Origin: Octopus vulgaris
Taxonomy: Eukaryota
DNA: 64,000 bases
Direction: 5' to 3'
NCBI GenBank assembly: GCA_951406725.2
Contig: OX597826.1
Location: 9,920,001 to 9,984,000, forward strand
A model generated the notes under the pieces. That model saw only the letters and a program-made list of their open reading frames with translations, did no database searches and was not told where the DNA came from. The translations under genes and the position numbers were made by a program. Below are positions 1 to 12,498 of the stretch, piece after piece. How positions within the stretch are numbered: position 1 is the first letter of the stretch; every line of letters starts with the position of its first letter.

Positions 1-319
1 GTAGTTTTTAATAAAATCTAAAATTCTTATTGCTATTTTTACCAAAGTTTAAAAAACATTATCTTATTTTTATATTTAGTTTTTTTTCTTTGATTTTATT
101 TATTTGGTTAGTACACTCAACTCTACACACAAGCACCTCAGTTCACCCAGCTGTAGACATGGACCACATCAACTGAGAAACTTACATTTGATTGACTGAC
201 CAACATCCTATCCAGAAAGAGTAGGGTTTATTTCACCATATTCCACAATATAAAACAAAAACTACGCACAGGACTGGCTCTTTAAAGTTCTGAGAGATTA
301 CTATAGCTGTAAGAGTTAC

Positions 320-760
320 TTGAGTACAGAATGCTCTTCAGAAGTGTACAAACATCTCAGAGAGACTACAACTGAGTTTGAAGACACAAAAACATATAAT
401 CTGAAAAGATGGTCTGAGTTTAGTCCTCTATTATTAGTGATGGCTACACACCAAAATGCGGAGCAACTTTCAAAAAACAAGGCAGGTGGAAGAATCAACT
501 AAATTCAGATTATTCTTTATCAGGACATTACTTAATAAACTCATCAGTGCTATTAAGTTACTTTTGGCTTGATATGATGCTGAATAGACTTATATAAAGC
601 AAAGACTGTTGTGCTATTCTTACATAATATGTATGTAGGAGGCCTTATTTTGTTGCAGAAGCCATCCTGTATTCATTGAGAGTTGTGTGATGTTTGAATA
701 CAGTGGTTTGCATCCATAGTCTGATTTAGAAAAGGGGATATGTGGGCTGGTGCTACCAAG
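320..760 (+). pseudogene. Possible highly decayed non-LTR retrotransposon RT remnant (R4/Dong-like)
   Basis: VYKHLR resembles YKYLG and SKNKAGGRIN resembles LNxxNKxxAIN. Downstream gatgctgaatagacttatataaag resembles DxDRLY. Many frameshifts; weak motif recognition only. Confidence 0.25.
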
Positions 761-892
761 AATGAGTGTTTCTAGGAAAGAGATAGATGAGTCTGTGTGA
801 TGTTGCCTTGTTTTAATTCTGCAGATTTACTAGATAACGAAAAATTGGCAAGCATTCAAATATACAAACACACACGCACATACAGAGGGACA

Positions 893-1090
893 GATGAGCC
901 TCAATGCAGTCATTCAACTTGCTAAAGATAGCAGCCAGATCACATCATATTAGCTTTTCAACAAATGGACACACTGGACAATTTAGTCCTAGACACCTTA
1001 CGCTGAATAAAAGGCAAGATGGTTATGGTTGGAAAGCTTTTGATCAATAGATCTGTTTGATTAGGGCTGACCTGCAGCTAAACAACAACA
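893..1090 (+). mobile_element. Copy of abundant ~190-bp repeat (family E: GCTAGAAATAGCAGCCAAA head, (CAA)n tail)
   Basis: Aligns by eye with copies near 25005-25255, 35567-35775, 42080-42289(-), 44325-44522(-), 53400-53590 and 55925-56110(-). Ends gctaaacaacaac. Confidence 0.75.
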
Positions 1091-1212
1091 CACGTTATTA
1101 TCAGGAGTAAGTCAACTTGTCAGAACCTCCTCTTACTTCACTCCAAGCTTTACCCACAGAAGGTTTTGGATTCAACACTGCAAGATAACAAACATGTATC
1201 AATTATATCTAA

Positions 1213-1640
1213 GACAGTGAACCAGCAGGATCATTACTGAACTGGGAAAAATGCCAAGCAGCACTTCATCCAAATTTTTCACGTTCTGAATTCAAATGCC
1301 ACCAGGGTCCACTTTACATTTCATCCTTTCAGGGGCTAATAAAATAAGCACCAGTTGAACACTAGGGTCAATGTAATCGATTTCTCCCCTCCCTCGAAAT
1401 TGCTGGCCTTGTGCCAAAATTCGAAATCAATTATATATTCATCTTAAGAGAGTGTGCTAGCAGAATTACCACCACATCGGAAAAAATACTTAGTGACAGT
1501 TCTTTACATTCTGAGTTCAAATTCCACCAGGGTCAATTTTGCTTTTCATCCTTTCAGGGTCAATAGAATAAGTGCCATAGAGTACTGGAACTGAATTGAC
1601 TTTCTCCTCCACTCAAAGTCTTGAGCCAAAATTTGAAAGA
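1213..1640 (+). mobile_element. Two tandem decayed copies of tRNA-derived SINE family A (Meta-domain-like core)
   Basis: ttctgagttcaaat...tttcatcctttc...ataagtaccag core occurs twice. Confidence 0.75.
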
Positions 1641-2760
1641 ATTATATATTAATCTTGAGAATTTTAGCTCAGACCAGTAGCTACTAATAACATATATTAA
1701 GTGTTCTCAACCATAGGATACAACACAGTGCCGTTGATATCCACATGGAAACTGTCCTGTAGCAAAATTTTTCACTGAAGAATTTTTCCTAATCTGTCCT
1801 CTCTCTGGATTTTAACAATCTGGAACCAGATTTTTCCTACAATTGTTCAATCTGAATCTGAACCACATCAATTTCAAAGATTCTGTTTAAAATCAATCAT
1901 GGACTGTCCTTCTTTCACTGACCAAGTTATAATTTTTTTTTTTTTAATATAACCTGCAAATTTTGGTCAGTATTTTGATGCTGAACATCTCTATTAAAAC
2001 TTAAAATAACAATTTCAGTTATGCTAACTAGCTAAAGAAGGCTTCCTGACAATCTCCATATCACTAAAAAATGACTGCTTTGGAAAAGTGAAACATTGAA
2101 ATTTCACAAACAGAAACCTCTTCACCGTTTCCCCCAAAAAGGAAAAGAAATCTGCCAAATTATTTAAAAAAAAAGGTGGGGGGGGGTATTGAATATTGTA
2201 CTTGTGGATAGACTGGGGTACAATGTCAAAAAAAAAAACAGACATCGCCTCTGGAACTCTTAGAACATAGATCATAAAGCAGAAGTCTTGTCTGGACAAT
2301 AAATCATTTATATGAACAACGGGAGGGTAGTTTAAGATTTTAACCTAGAGGAAACCTTTCAAATAATCTAATTTTTTTCCCAAGTAAAATATTTACAATA
2401 CCAGACCTGCATGCTACATGAGTGGGCAGAATATCCGAAATGGTCACTAGACTCAATATAACCAGATTTAACACTTGTGCGCGATTTTTAATTAACAGAG
2501 CTGACAGGATAGCTTGATTTACTGAGTTAACTGCCATACTATGGGATATACGTAAGCAAGCAACACAGCAGACAGGCAAGAGAACTACAGTTAACTAGAA
2601 ATAAACTAAAATATATCAAAGTAACAGGAAAATTGTATTGAAATTATTGTCGTCAGCTAGGCAAAAATGCACTGAATATTCTAGCACTTTTGAGTAAGAT
2701 TCCTTTCAAGGACAGTCAAATCCTGGTTGTAACATAGGAATAATTGATCAAACGCCCCAC

Positions 2761-2807
<47 letters not shown>

Positions 2808-2809
<2 letters not shown>

Positions 2810-3235
2810 ATCTTTTCGGTTTGAACGGCAGTTTTTTCTAGCGGTGCCATATGAAATTGTCACCCATAATTATGACACTAGTATTGATCTATTGCATTTC
2901 AATCTGTTTTAAGGTTACGGTTATGGTTAGGGGTGGGGAGAAAGGGTATCTTTTTTTTCTTCACAAATGTAAATAAACCCAATCTGTTTTTTAAATGAGG
3001 GACATATTCATACGACACAGAATGTTTGCACCTCAATAGACGTCATTGATTGGTTGAAATTGCAGAAATTGAAGAAGAAAAAAAACAACAAATATCTTAC
3101 AAACTATAGAATTTTCTCAATAAAGCCAAGAGAAAAAGATGTTTTATAAACACATTCTACCAGTATACGAAGTTTAAAAGTGTTTAGTTAGGTGGAAATT
3201 ATTTTTAAAAAATGCCGTTCAAACCGAAAAGATTC
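2808..3235 (+). mobile_element. MITE with GGATCTTTTCGGTTTGAACGGCA terminal inverted repeats (Merlin-like)
   Basis: TIRs at both ends, inserted in (TA)n. Near-identical copies at 8273-8659 and 46024-46438. Confidence 0.85.
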
Positions 3236-3301
<66 letters not shown>

Positions 3302-3459
3302 ATAGAGGCATGCATGTATCTGTTTCATTATGTGAGTGACAGACAGATGAGAGAGAGAATTAAACCTCTGTATGTTTTATGAGACGAGTTTACCGTAACT
3401 CAATTACAGTTACTTAAACAAGTTGCAGAAAACACAGGGAAGTGATAACAATAATCCTT

Positions 3460-3870
3460 TTCACTATAGGCACAAGGCCTGGAATTTGTGGGGAGGGGGG
3501 TAATCGATTACATCACCCCAGTATTTGAATGGTACTTAATTTATCGATCCCAAAGGATGAAAGGCAAAGTCGACCTCAGAACGTTAGAGACGGACGAAAA
3601 ACCGCCAAGCATTTTTCTTCCAGCGTGGTAGCGATTCTGCCATAATAATAGTAATATTAATCTTTTCTACTAAATTCACAAGCCCTGAAATTTGCGGGAA
3701 GGGAACTAGTCGATTACATCGACCCCAATGTTTCACTGGTACTTAATTTATCGACCCCGAAAGGACAAAAATCTAAGTCGATCTCGCCTCGGTGGAATTT
3801 GAACCGAGAAACGTGAAGACGGACGAAATGCCGCTATGCATTTTGCTAACGACCTGCCAGCTCGCGACCT
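3460..3870 (-). mobile_element. Two tandem SINE family A copies
   Basis: ggtacttaatttatcgacccc...aaaggatgaaaggcaaagtcgac occurs twice. Confidence 0.75.
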
Positions 3871-4729
3871 TTCACAAGACCATTAATTTTGAGGGCATAG
3901 GGTTAGTCGATATCATCGACCCTCCAGTATTTCACTGGGACTTTATTTTAAGCCCGAGAGATTGGAAGGCCAAGCTGACTTGCGATAACAAAGTTAAATA
4001 CTACAGAAGTACATTTGATTAAATCTTACCGCCAAAACCATTTATTACGGCAGGCAGAGCAACCAATTATGAGCCCGTGTCTCACAATTGAAATATCTGA
4101 ATAAGAGAAATATTTGAGAATGTTTAATGAAGTAACGAGAGGACAGCTACGTAGGTTGTGTTGTTGAGGGTGGCGGCAATATGACACAGCAATTATGGCT
4201 AAATTATCAATAAGTGGATGGATGTTTGTGTCGGCAAGGAAACCCCGACGTGGTTGCTCGAACTGCTAGAAATAGTAGATAAACTTCCTTCAAATTAACC
4301 TTAAAAAGAACATAATAGAGGGATGTGGTCCGAGGTGCACAATATGTGAACGAAAAGGAGAGATAGACGTTACAGTGAGGGGAGCATCAAAAGGACAACG
4401 ATTTGTGTGGGGATTTACGTAAAGGATGAGGAGAAAGAAATGGAAAAGACGGGGAAATGCGATAAAAGTATGTGATAACATGAATGATGCAGTCCTCCCG
4501 ATACAGGAGAAACTCCAGCTAGGGCCAGTCAAGGAACCTCACAGATCAAGGATTATCCTGACCACGAAGTCTTCCGTTCTATTAATAAGCACAAGACCTG
4601 AAATTCGGGGGAAGGTGGTTTGTCGATTACATCGACCCCAGTGACTCAACTGATACTTATTTTATGAACCCCAAAAGGATGAAAGGCAGAAGCGCAGTTT
4701 GGTTTCCGCAATAAGCCCCCAACTCTCAC

Positions 4730-5200
4730 AATACCAACCAACCAACCAACCAACCAACCACTACCTGCCTGTTCGTAAACATCCTGACATATCTACAACA
4801 CTCGAGAACACTACCATTCCCACTTAGTCCAGCACACACACACAAACAATTAGCAGCGGCAACAATAACTTTCTTTTTCCTAACAATAACTTTATTATTT
4901 ATAAAAGCTGCTGTGAAGCAAACCGCCGCCAGAGAAACAGAAGCCGTCGCGCTTCTTCTACTGAGGACATCAAAAACACCAAGTGACAAACTAGACAGCG
5001 AAGGAAGGAAAAGCAAACAAGCTTAGACAAATAATACGCTGCATGGCAGGTATTAAAACCAGCTGAGGTCGGAGTGCTGAGTGTGATCACTTAGAGAGGA
5101 GAGGACAAAAATCGCAGCCAGCCACTGAAATGCCGTTGTGCCATTGCCTGGACAGAGCCTACCCCTGTTACATTGGTTCTTGAAGAAAATTAGGAATGTG
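4730..5200 (-). promoter_or_regulatory. Candidate non-coding first exon/promoter island
   Basis: Repeat-free, locally CpG-richer stretch ending at a possible minus-strand donor GTGAGA (4729-4724). No transcript evidence. Confidence 0.25.
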
Positions 5201-5299
5201 TATCATAATATCTGGATCCGCTCCCGGTGGGGGAAAATGGAAACGAAAATGTGTAACAGTTGTAATGCACCGTATATTAAAGGAATATGAGGGGAATTT

Positions 5300-5529
5300 T
5301 TTCTTTACTACCCACAAGAGGCTAAACACAGAGAGGACAAACAAGGACAGGCAAACGGATTAAGTCGATTACATCGAACCCAGTGCGTAACTGGTACTTA
5401 ATTTTCGACCCCGAAAGGATGAAAGGCAAAGTCGACCTCGGCGGAATTTGAACTCAGAACGTAGCGGCAGACGAAATACCGCTAAGCATTTCGCCCGACG
5501 TGCTAACGTTTCTGCCAGCTCGCCGCCTT
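5300..5529 (-). mobile_element. Full-length SINE family A
   Basis: Reverse complement reads aaggcggcgagctggcagaa...ttctgagttcaaattccgccgaggtcgactttgcctttcatcctttcggggtcg...gtagtaaagaaa, with tRNA-like A/B boxes. Confidence 0.9.
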
Positions 5530-6881
5530 TTATGAGGGGTAAAAATGATGCAGGATATACAGGACAGGCAAAGGGTGAATATGAGCCAAAGGGTGTGCGA
5601 AGGATTGTAGAGTAAGATTTGTCGGTGAACTGAATTTGTGATGGTTGTTGTAATGTACCCAATTCGATACCTCACTGTTGACATTGAATAGGGGCTAAAT
5701 GTTCGTCCACCCAAAACTGAATAAAATCAGTGTTGCATGGAAGAAAGGAAGAGATACGCATGATTTGATGTGTGATGTGACATTCTGAATGTAATACGAC
5801 ACGTAGTATGAAACGTTCCATACATAACATCAATAACCTACCCATCACCGCGGACTGTGGAGTTTTTTAAGAACAACGGGATGGGAAGGTACGTGTTTGC
5901 CAAATTCCCAGCCAAACCTCAAAACATAAGGAGAAAAAACCAACCAAGCGTATCTTATAAAATAAATGATCACTTTTTTTTTTTTAGAACTTCGGTAAAA
6001 TTTATAAATTTAAATTAATGCAAGCATAGGTAAAAGGAAAGAGCTTACAAAGAGAAATGCAACCCTTATCTGGGGAACCCATTTAACTACGTCGATATTT
6101 ATTTGTAATGAGATAATAATTTAGAGAAAGCTAAAAGGAAAAAGTTAAGACGAGCAGAGAGGTTCGCCCCCGACCGAGGTTTGTGGCCAACCTACCTTTG
6201 GCTTGTAATACTTTTTTTAAGAAATGATGCAATGTCATTTTTTGCTTAAGACATGAGTGATGTTTCGGGGAAATTTGGTAGCTATTTCTAGCAAATCGAT
6301 CGTCCACTTACACATTTCCTCGTAAGAAAAAAAATAGTATTAGCTTGTTTGTAAAATTGTTTTGAGTTAAAAGGGAATATTTTCCACATCAGTTAACTGA
6401 ATAAAAGGCAAAATATTACTGAAAAATTATCAACCTATCAGAAGAGATATATATCCATGTGTTTAAGGTGAATACGTGAGTTTCACTACGAATCTGTGTA
6501 ATGAAAGTGCGTACGCGCGATTAGGATTTTAAAAGAGAAAAACTTGTATGAATGAGTAGGAGGGTGTGTGCGAGAGAAAGAGAGAGGGAATGAAGGAAAG
6601 AGAGAGGGGAGGAAAGGCTGTGAATGAGTGAAATTGTAAGCAATGTAGAGGAGGAATGGGATAAAGAGAGAAATGTAGGAAAGAATAAATGAATGAAGGA
6701 GGTGGAGCAAATATGAATACGAGATGAGAGTGAGTATGGGCCGGATGTGCCACTGAGAGAAATGTATGTCACTCACAGCGAAGATATATATTTGTGTAAG
6801 CATGTGAGTTAATCTCGAGGTAGATTCGTAGGGCAACGAGAGAGAAAGATTATCTAATTACTTATCGCGCACGCCTGTATG

Positions 6882-6947
<66 letters not shown>

Positions 6948-6961
6948 TCCTATATATATAT

Positions 6962-7166
6962 CTCTTTTCTCTTTTACTTGTTTCAGTCATTTTGACTGCG
7001 GCCATGCTGGAGCACCGCCTTTAATCGAGCAACTCGACCCCGAGACTTATTCTTTTCTAAGCCCAGTACTTATTATATCGATCTCTTTTGCCGAACCGCT
7101 AAGTAACGGGGACATAAACACACCAGCATCAGTTGTCAAGCAATGCTAGGGGGACAAACACACACA

Positions 7167-7212
<46 letters not shown>

Positions 7213-7370
7213 TACGACGGGCTTCTTTCAGTTTCCGTCTACCAAATCCACTCACAAGGCTTTGGTCGGCCCGAGGCTATAGTAGAAGATACTTGCCCAA
7301 GGTGCCACACAGTGGGATTGAACCCGGAACCATGTGGTTGGTAAACAGGCTACTTACCACACAGCCACTC
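6962..7370 (-). mobile_element. Full-length tRNA-derived SINE family B (OK-like) with internal (TA)n
   Basis: Head gtggctgtgtggtaag...ggttccgggttcaatcccactg; tail gactgaaacaagtaaaagag. Many copies in the window. Confidence 0.88.
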
Positions 7371-7717
7371 AAGTGTGTGGAATATTATGTACATGTAATT
7401 GCATTCAGTATATGAACGTGACGGTATACTGTATGTAATACATGCGTGTTGTTTAAAAAAATCCCTTGTGTCAACTCAAATTGAAGGGACTTATTTATGA
7501 TCAAGAAGATTCTATCCCCATTCCGTCGAGGACTATATTATCCAACTGTTATTTCTTTTCTTTTCTTGTCTTTTAAAATGGTTGGATGTGATTTGAGCGA
7601 TATCGTGTTGTTATTTCTAGCAGGTCGAGCGACCTGATAGAGATTCTTAGCGTGTAGGAGGGAAACAAATAAGCGTATGTAAACGTGACTATGAAAGTTG
7701 TGGGGGCGGGCGCACGC

Positions 7718-7755
<38 letters not shown>

Positions 7756-7899
7756 GTGGGCGCGCGAGATCGAGTGTGTGTATGCATGTATAAGGAGCCC
7801 AGAACTAGATTGTATCTAAGAAGATATGTGTATTTGTAGTCGTGTAAACGTGCCTTCTGTCAGCGTGTAGCATTCACTGCTGCAGTATTATAACCCAAA

Positions 7900-8143
7900 G
7901 CAGGAGTGTGAGAACAAGATTGACCGTTAGAAATTTCCCTCCAGTTTTACAACCAATTGTTGAGAGCTACCAGGTCATCCCTAACAAGCTACTACCGAGT
8001 GACCTAACTATGCCTACCATCGCCTCCACCATCATACAACGAAGGGTGACAGGCGAAAGTAAAGAATACGCACACCCAGTGATTTAGAGATAGGGTTTTT
8101 GTTACGTCGAAAACGGTTGGTGTACGTATTCTTTACCTCCGCC
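7900..8143 (+). mobile_element. Decayed Penelope-like 3' end with inverted repeat and degenerate hammerhead
   Basis: Inverted repeat 8052-8076/8119-8143 encloses cgaaaacggtt, resembling CGAAACCGGTT. Abuts a (TA)/(TACA) microsatellite. Confidence 0.4.
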
Positions 8144-8272
8144 ATATATACATACATACATACATACACACAAGTAAGCCCTTAAATGCAAACCAAGAGG
8201 GGGAGGAATAGTACTCGAACACCAAGGTAGAGTAATATGCTTTATTAAAGCTACCAAATTATCACAAAGCTG

Positions 8273-8659
8273 GGATCTCTTCGGTTTGAACGGCAGTTTT
8301 TTCTAGCGGTGTCATATGAAATTGTCACCCATAATTATGACCCTAGAATCGATCTATTGCATTTCAATCTGTTTTAGGGTTAGGGGTGGGGGAAAGGGTA
8401 TCTTATTTTTTTTCACAAATGTAAATAAACCCAATCTGTTTCTTAAACGAGGGACATATTCATACGGCACAGAATGTTTTCACCTCAATAGACGTCATTG
8501 ATTGGTTGAAATTGCAGAAAAAAAAACAATAAATATCTTACAAACTACAGAATCTTCTCAATAAAGCCAAGAGAAAAAGATGTTTTATAAACACATTCTA
8601 CCAGTATACGAAGTTTAAAAGTGTTTAAGATCCGTTGGAATATTTTTTTTAAAAATGCC
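8273..8659 (+). mobile_element. Merlin-like MITE copy with rearranged right end
   Basis: Matches 2808-3235. The right TIR is scrambled: aagatcc ends at 8633, then a partial aaaaatgcc follows. Confidence 0.85.
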
Positions 8660-8894
8660 AAGAGAGAGGAATTTAAAAGGATAGGTGCTGCACTTTGGAG
8701 AATGTCGAACACACACAAGCGTATGTGTGTCTAAGACACTTTGCAATGCCCCCTTCATATGCTAGCATTTTCTTAAATGCTACTCCCCACCACTACCATT
8801 TCTTTTTAGTTCACTTTATCAGGCCAACTTCACATGCAGAGAATTTAGACATTCTTGCAAAGAATGTAGAGCAGGCCAACTTAAAGACCTGGCC

Positions 8895-9390
8895 TCATTG
8901 CCGGCATGACAGGCATTGACTATTGGGGTCGACTAAAAAATCTCAATCGCTGCCGTCAGCGCTACATCATTTGTGTTGTGTGGAAAATATTCCATCAATA
9001 TTGCACAAATGATGTTGGCATCAATTTTAAAACCCACCCACTACAAAAATCGAACTCAAGGAACATAAGATGTTTTATAAACACTTATGTGGAAAGACCG
9101 ACTGACACAACAACTTTAACCAGTCCAGCTTTCTTTAATATTATACCAAGATACATCAAAACGGAAACAGATCCCATAAAATTGAAAAGTTCTCTGGACA
9201 AATTTCTCAAAAAAATCCCAAATCAACCTCCTACACCCGGATGTCTCCAACAATATCTCCTTGCTAGAGTGGGCCATGGGTGTCCCATATATAACTGAGG
9301 TGTGAATCACTATCTAAAAGACTTCAACAGGTGGTGCTACTAAGTTAGACATGGCCTGGTCCTATACTAGCCGAAACCTATCTAAGTTAT
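8895..9390 (+). mobile_element. CR1-clade LINE 3' fragment (RT C-terminus plus 3' UTR)
   Basis: ORF 8906-9298 reads GIDYWGRLKNL...RQRYII..WKI...FNIIP...LKSSLDKFLKKIPNQP. This matches the YxERL...RRERY...FNxLP...FKxxLDxFL C-terminal motifs. Confidence 0.8.
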
Positions 9391-11386
9391 ACAATATATA
9401 TATATAAAATATATGAGACCATCCTTTCCATCAAATTTTATTTACTAACGAACAGAACGAGACATTTAACCGAGGTTAATTATTCGGTGTCACCATCCAC
9501 ATGGAAATCCCTACATCAGATATCTTCTACAAAAATCTAGAAGAGGAGGATTACAAACGCTGTGACTTCAATCCTTTCTGCAAGTACGGGAGATAACTCC
9601 GAATAAGTTTTAACCTTATTAAGACCTCCCCAGCGAAGCATACACTTCATTCTTGCAGAAAGAAACATACTAATTAGAATATAGTATTACCACCCAGTAG
9701 GTAGAGAAAATTGGTACATTCGAATTTTTTTTTTTAGATAGATAAATTAACCAGACATCACTATTATACTCTTTTCCTGCATTAGTATGTGTACTGTGCG
9801 GTTTTTTCTCTTTGTTTTCATGTTCTACATTAAAATATGTTAACCTACCTCTATACTACTTTTGCAGTTTCGTTGTTCCGAGTTCAAATCGCGTATCAGT
9901 CGACCGTGCTTATCTTTTCTATAAGAGAAGTTCGATAAAATGAATTACAGTGTATGGTCTAGAAATGATCCAAACTGATTTTGTACACCCCACTTTGTAA
10001 AAAAGAAAAGAAAAAATGGTAGGGGGGAATCTGCTATACGGTCTGAGCAAATTAACTTCTTTCGTAGATGACAACCCTCCACTACAAAAATCATGGTGGC
10101 GTCAATTCTGACCGAACAGTCCTATAACTTGAAGGCAGTTAAGCACGATCCACAGATCTGGTTTTCCACTTATACTCTGTCTCAGCCTGTCTAGCTGATA
10201 ACCATATACAAATTACGACATGCAATGATGAATCGTATAGGAGCCGCAGTTAGGTGTTGCTAAGCAAAGCGTTGTTGCTTTGCCCTAGACCTATGATTAA
10301 GTGCGTTTGTTCCAACTAACCACCCATCTTTTTTTTAATACAACTCTATTTTACGTTATCCAGTGTCACTTCTATAACAAATATAGGTTATGGTTTGAGG
10401 AAGGGATGGCTGCTATTTCTACTAAGCCGAAGTTCGCTTACTGGCTAATGAGTCCACTAACCATATTCCACTCTTAATAGAAATCATTTCATCTATGTTA
10501 CAAATTCACAGGGGAGAAAAAGAAATGTCACGTCTGAAATCCGAAAGAAATTTGTGTATCTGCAATCATTAATATTGTCATCATTAATTAATAAGGCATC
10601 AGATGATGACTAGCAAAAGGGAAGCGGTGCAGCGGATAGCACTGAATGAAGTCCATATGAAAACGAGTTTCGGTCGGGACAAGTGCGTGGGAAATTCTAA
10701 GACGATGCTTTGAAAGGAGGGCCTGAGTCGGAGGTGGCGGGGGGATCGAGTGTTAAGTCTTTAATGAACAGGAGCTCTCAGCATCGAATCTCGTAAAAAT
10801 GTGCGTAGATTTTCTAATTTCTTTTAGAGAAAATAGGTTGTAAAATCTTCCCCTATGACCAGCGTGCAGTAAATTAAAACCAGTTGGCGAGTTAGGAAAT
10901 TGGATGAAAATGATAGTAAGCTGTGGTAGCAGGCTGTATAGTGGAAATATGTGTGTGTGGAAAGACCGACTGACAGCTCTCTCAATTAGCCCACACACAA
11001 CAGAGTCGCCTACATTTACTAAGTGTAGGAACACATGCAACTGTGAGCAAATATCTACCTGACCGACATTATTAATGCGTGTGTATTCCGAATGAAGCGC
11101 GCACCTACACACACACATAGATTTAACAGGAAAACAATAAAAATAACACCAATTAAGACAGATTTTGCACCGTTGTTAGTCTCAGTTTCGTGTTCCCGCT
11201 TTTCTACAGGCACACACACACGTATAATTCGAAATTTTAGTCCTATTTCTCATATCATTCTTAAATTTAAAAAAGCATCAGAACACACTCAATATCTGTA
11301 CTTTAGATGAAAATATATACATATATATTCTAAATCATTTTAGCTTATACCTAACTGACAAACACAGAGTATAATAAACATCTCAG

Positions 11387-11439
<53 letters not shown>

Positions 11440-11917
11440 ATATATATATGTATATTTGTCAGCATATATCTGTATGTGGGCGTGCGTATGGGTGAGAGAG
11501 AGAGAGAGAAAGAAAGAAACGGTTTTCCAAGCTGGGAAATATTACAACGCAATAAATTTTTCGAAAAGGGGAAACCAACACAAGACAAACGGACAGACAA
11601 AAAAGGAAAAGATTTTCTAGTTTTTTTCTTAATGTTTGTGTATGTAATGAAATGGCGAAATGACATGTAGCAATAACAATGTAAAAATGTTGATTTAAGA
11701 AGAAGAAAAAAAAGGCGGGTGATGGCAGGGGTGGAGGAGGAAGAAAAACGATTAATGAAGCTAGACATCAAATCAGATATGTTTATTGGAATTTCTCTTG
11801 TTTATTGATTCGAAAATAGGTCTCATTGTTTGTTTTTTTTTTCCCAGTTTTCTCTTTTAGACTAAACTAGAAAACAATAATACTCAGACATCATCAGTGC
11901 GACTATGCGCGTGCGTA

Positions 11918-11970
<53 letters not shown>

Positions 11971-11974
<4 letters not shown>

Positions 11975-12298
11975 AATCAATATCAGGGTAGCAAAAAATT
12001 CAAGAGAAATTTTTCGCCACCAGCGGCCCAGTGAGATAGGAAAAAATAGTCAACAGACTATATAATATACATTCAACAATATTAAGGAATGGCCTTGATA
12101 GGCCATTCGACCCACTAGAAAGAGCAGCTAAACTCAAACCGCTAAATAGTTTGTAATTCAGAAACCAAAGGAAAATAAAAACAGGTAAATGTTTTTATTT
12201 TCCTTTGGCTTCTGAATTACAACTATTTAGCGGTTTGAGTTTAGCTGCTCTTTCTAGTGGGTCGAATGGCCTTGATAGGCCATTCCTTAATATTGTTG
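11971..12298. mobile_element. (TA)n-embedded Penelope-like remnant with ~110-bp-arm hairpin
   Basis: Arms 12074-12183 and 12190-12298 with a 6-nt loop. Flanked by (TA)n on both sides. Confidence 0.65.
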
Positions 12299-12449
12299 TA
12301 TATATATATATATATATTCCGTGTCTCTTAGTATTCATACTTACAGCTAATATCTCCATATTAAATAAAATACATTTAACATTTATATTTCAGAATTGTT
12401 CTACTTCCACATATCAATCTGTGTGTTTGTGGACAACTGCAAATTACTG

Positions 12450-12498
<49 letters not shown>

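Noticed and set aside
893-1090. Group I intron-like P/Q and S motifs in family E
   Set aside because: There is no R element (GACUA) to form P7; the tagtcc segment pairs locally with an upstream ggac hairpin strand.
9038-9051. Third templated patch matching 10079-10092
   Set aside because: It is only 14 bp and A-rich, and it reads as plausible native LINE coding sequence (PLQKS).
10600-10730. C/D snoRNA-like boxes (ATGATGA...CTGA)
   Set aside because: No terminal stem or recognisable guide sequence; such boxes occur by chance.
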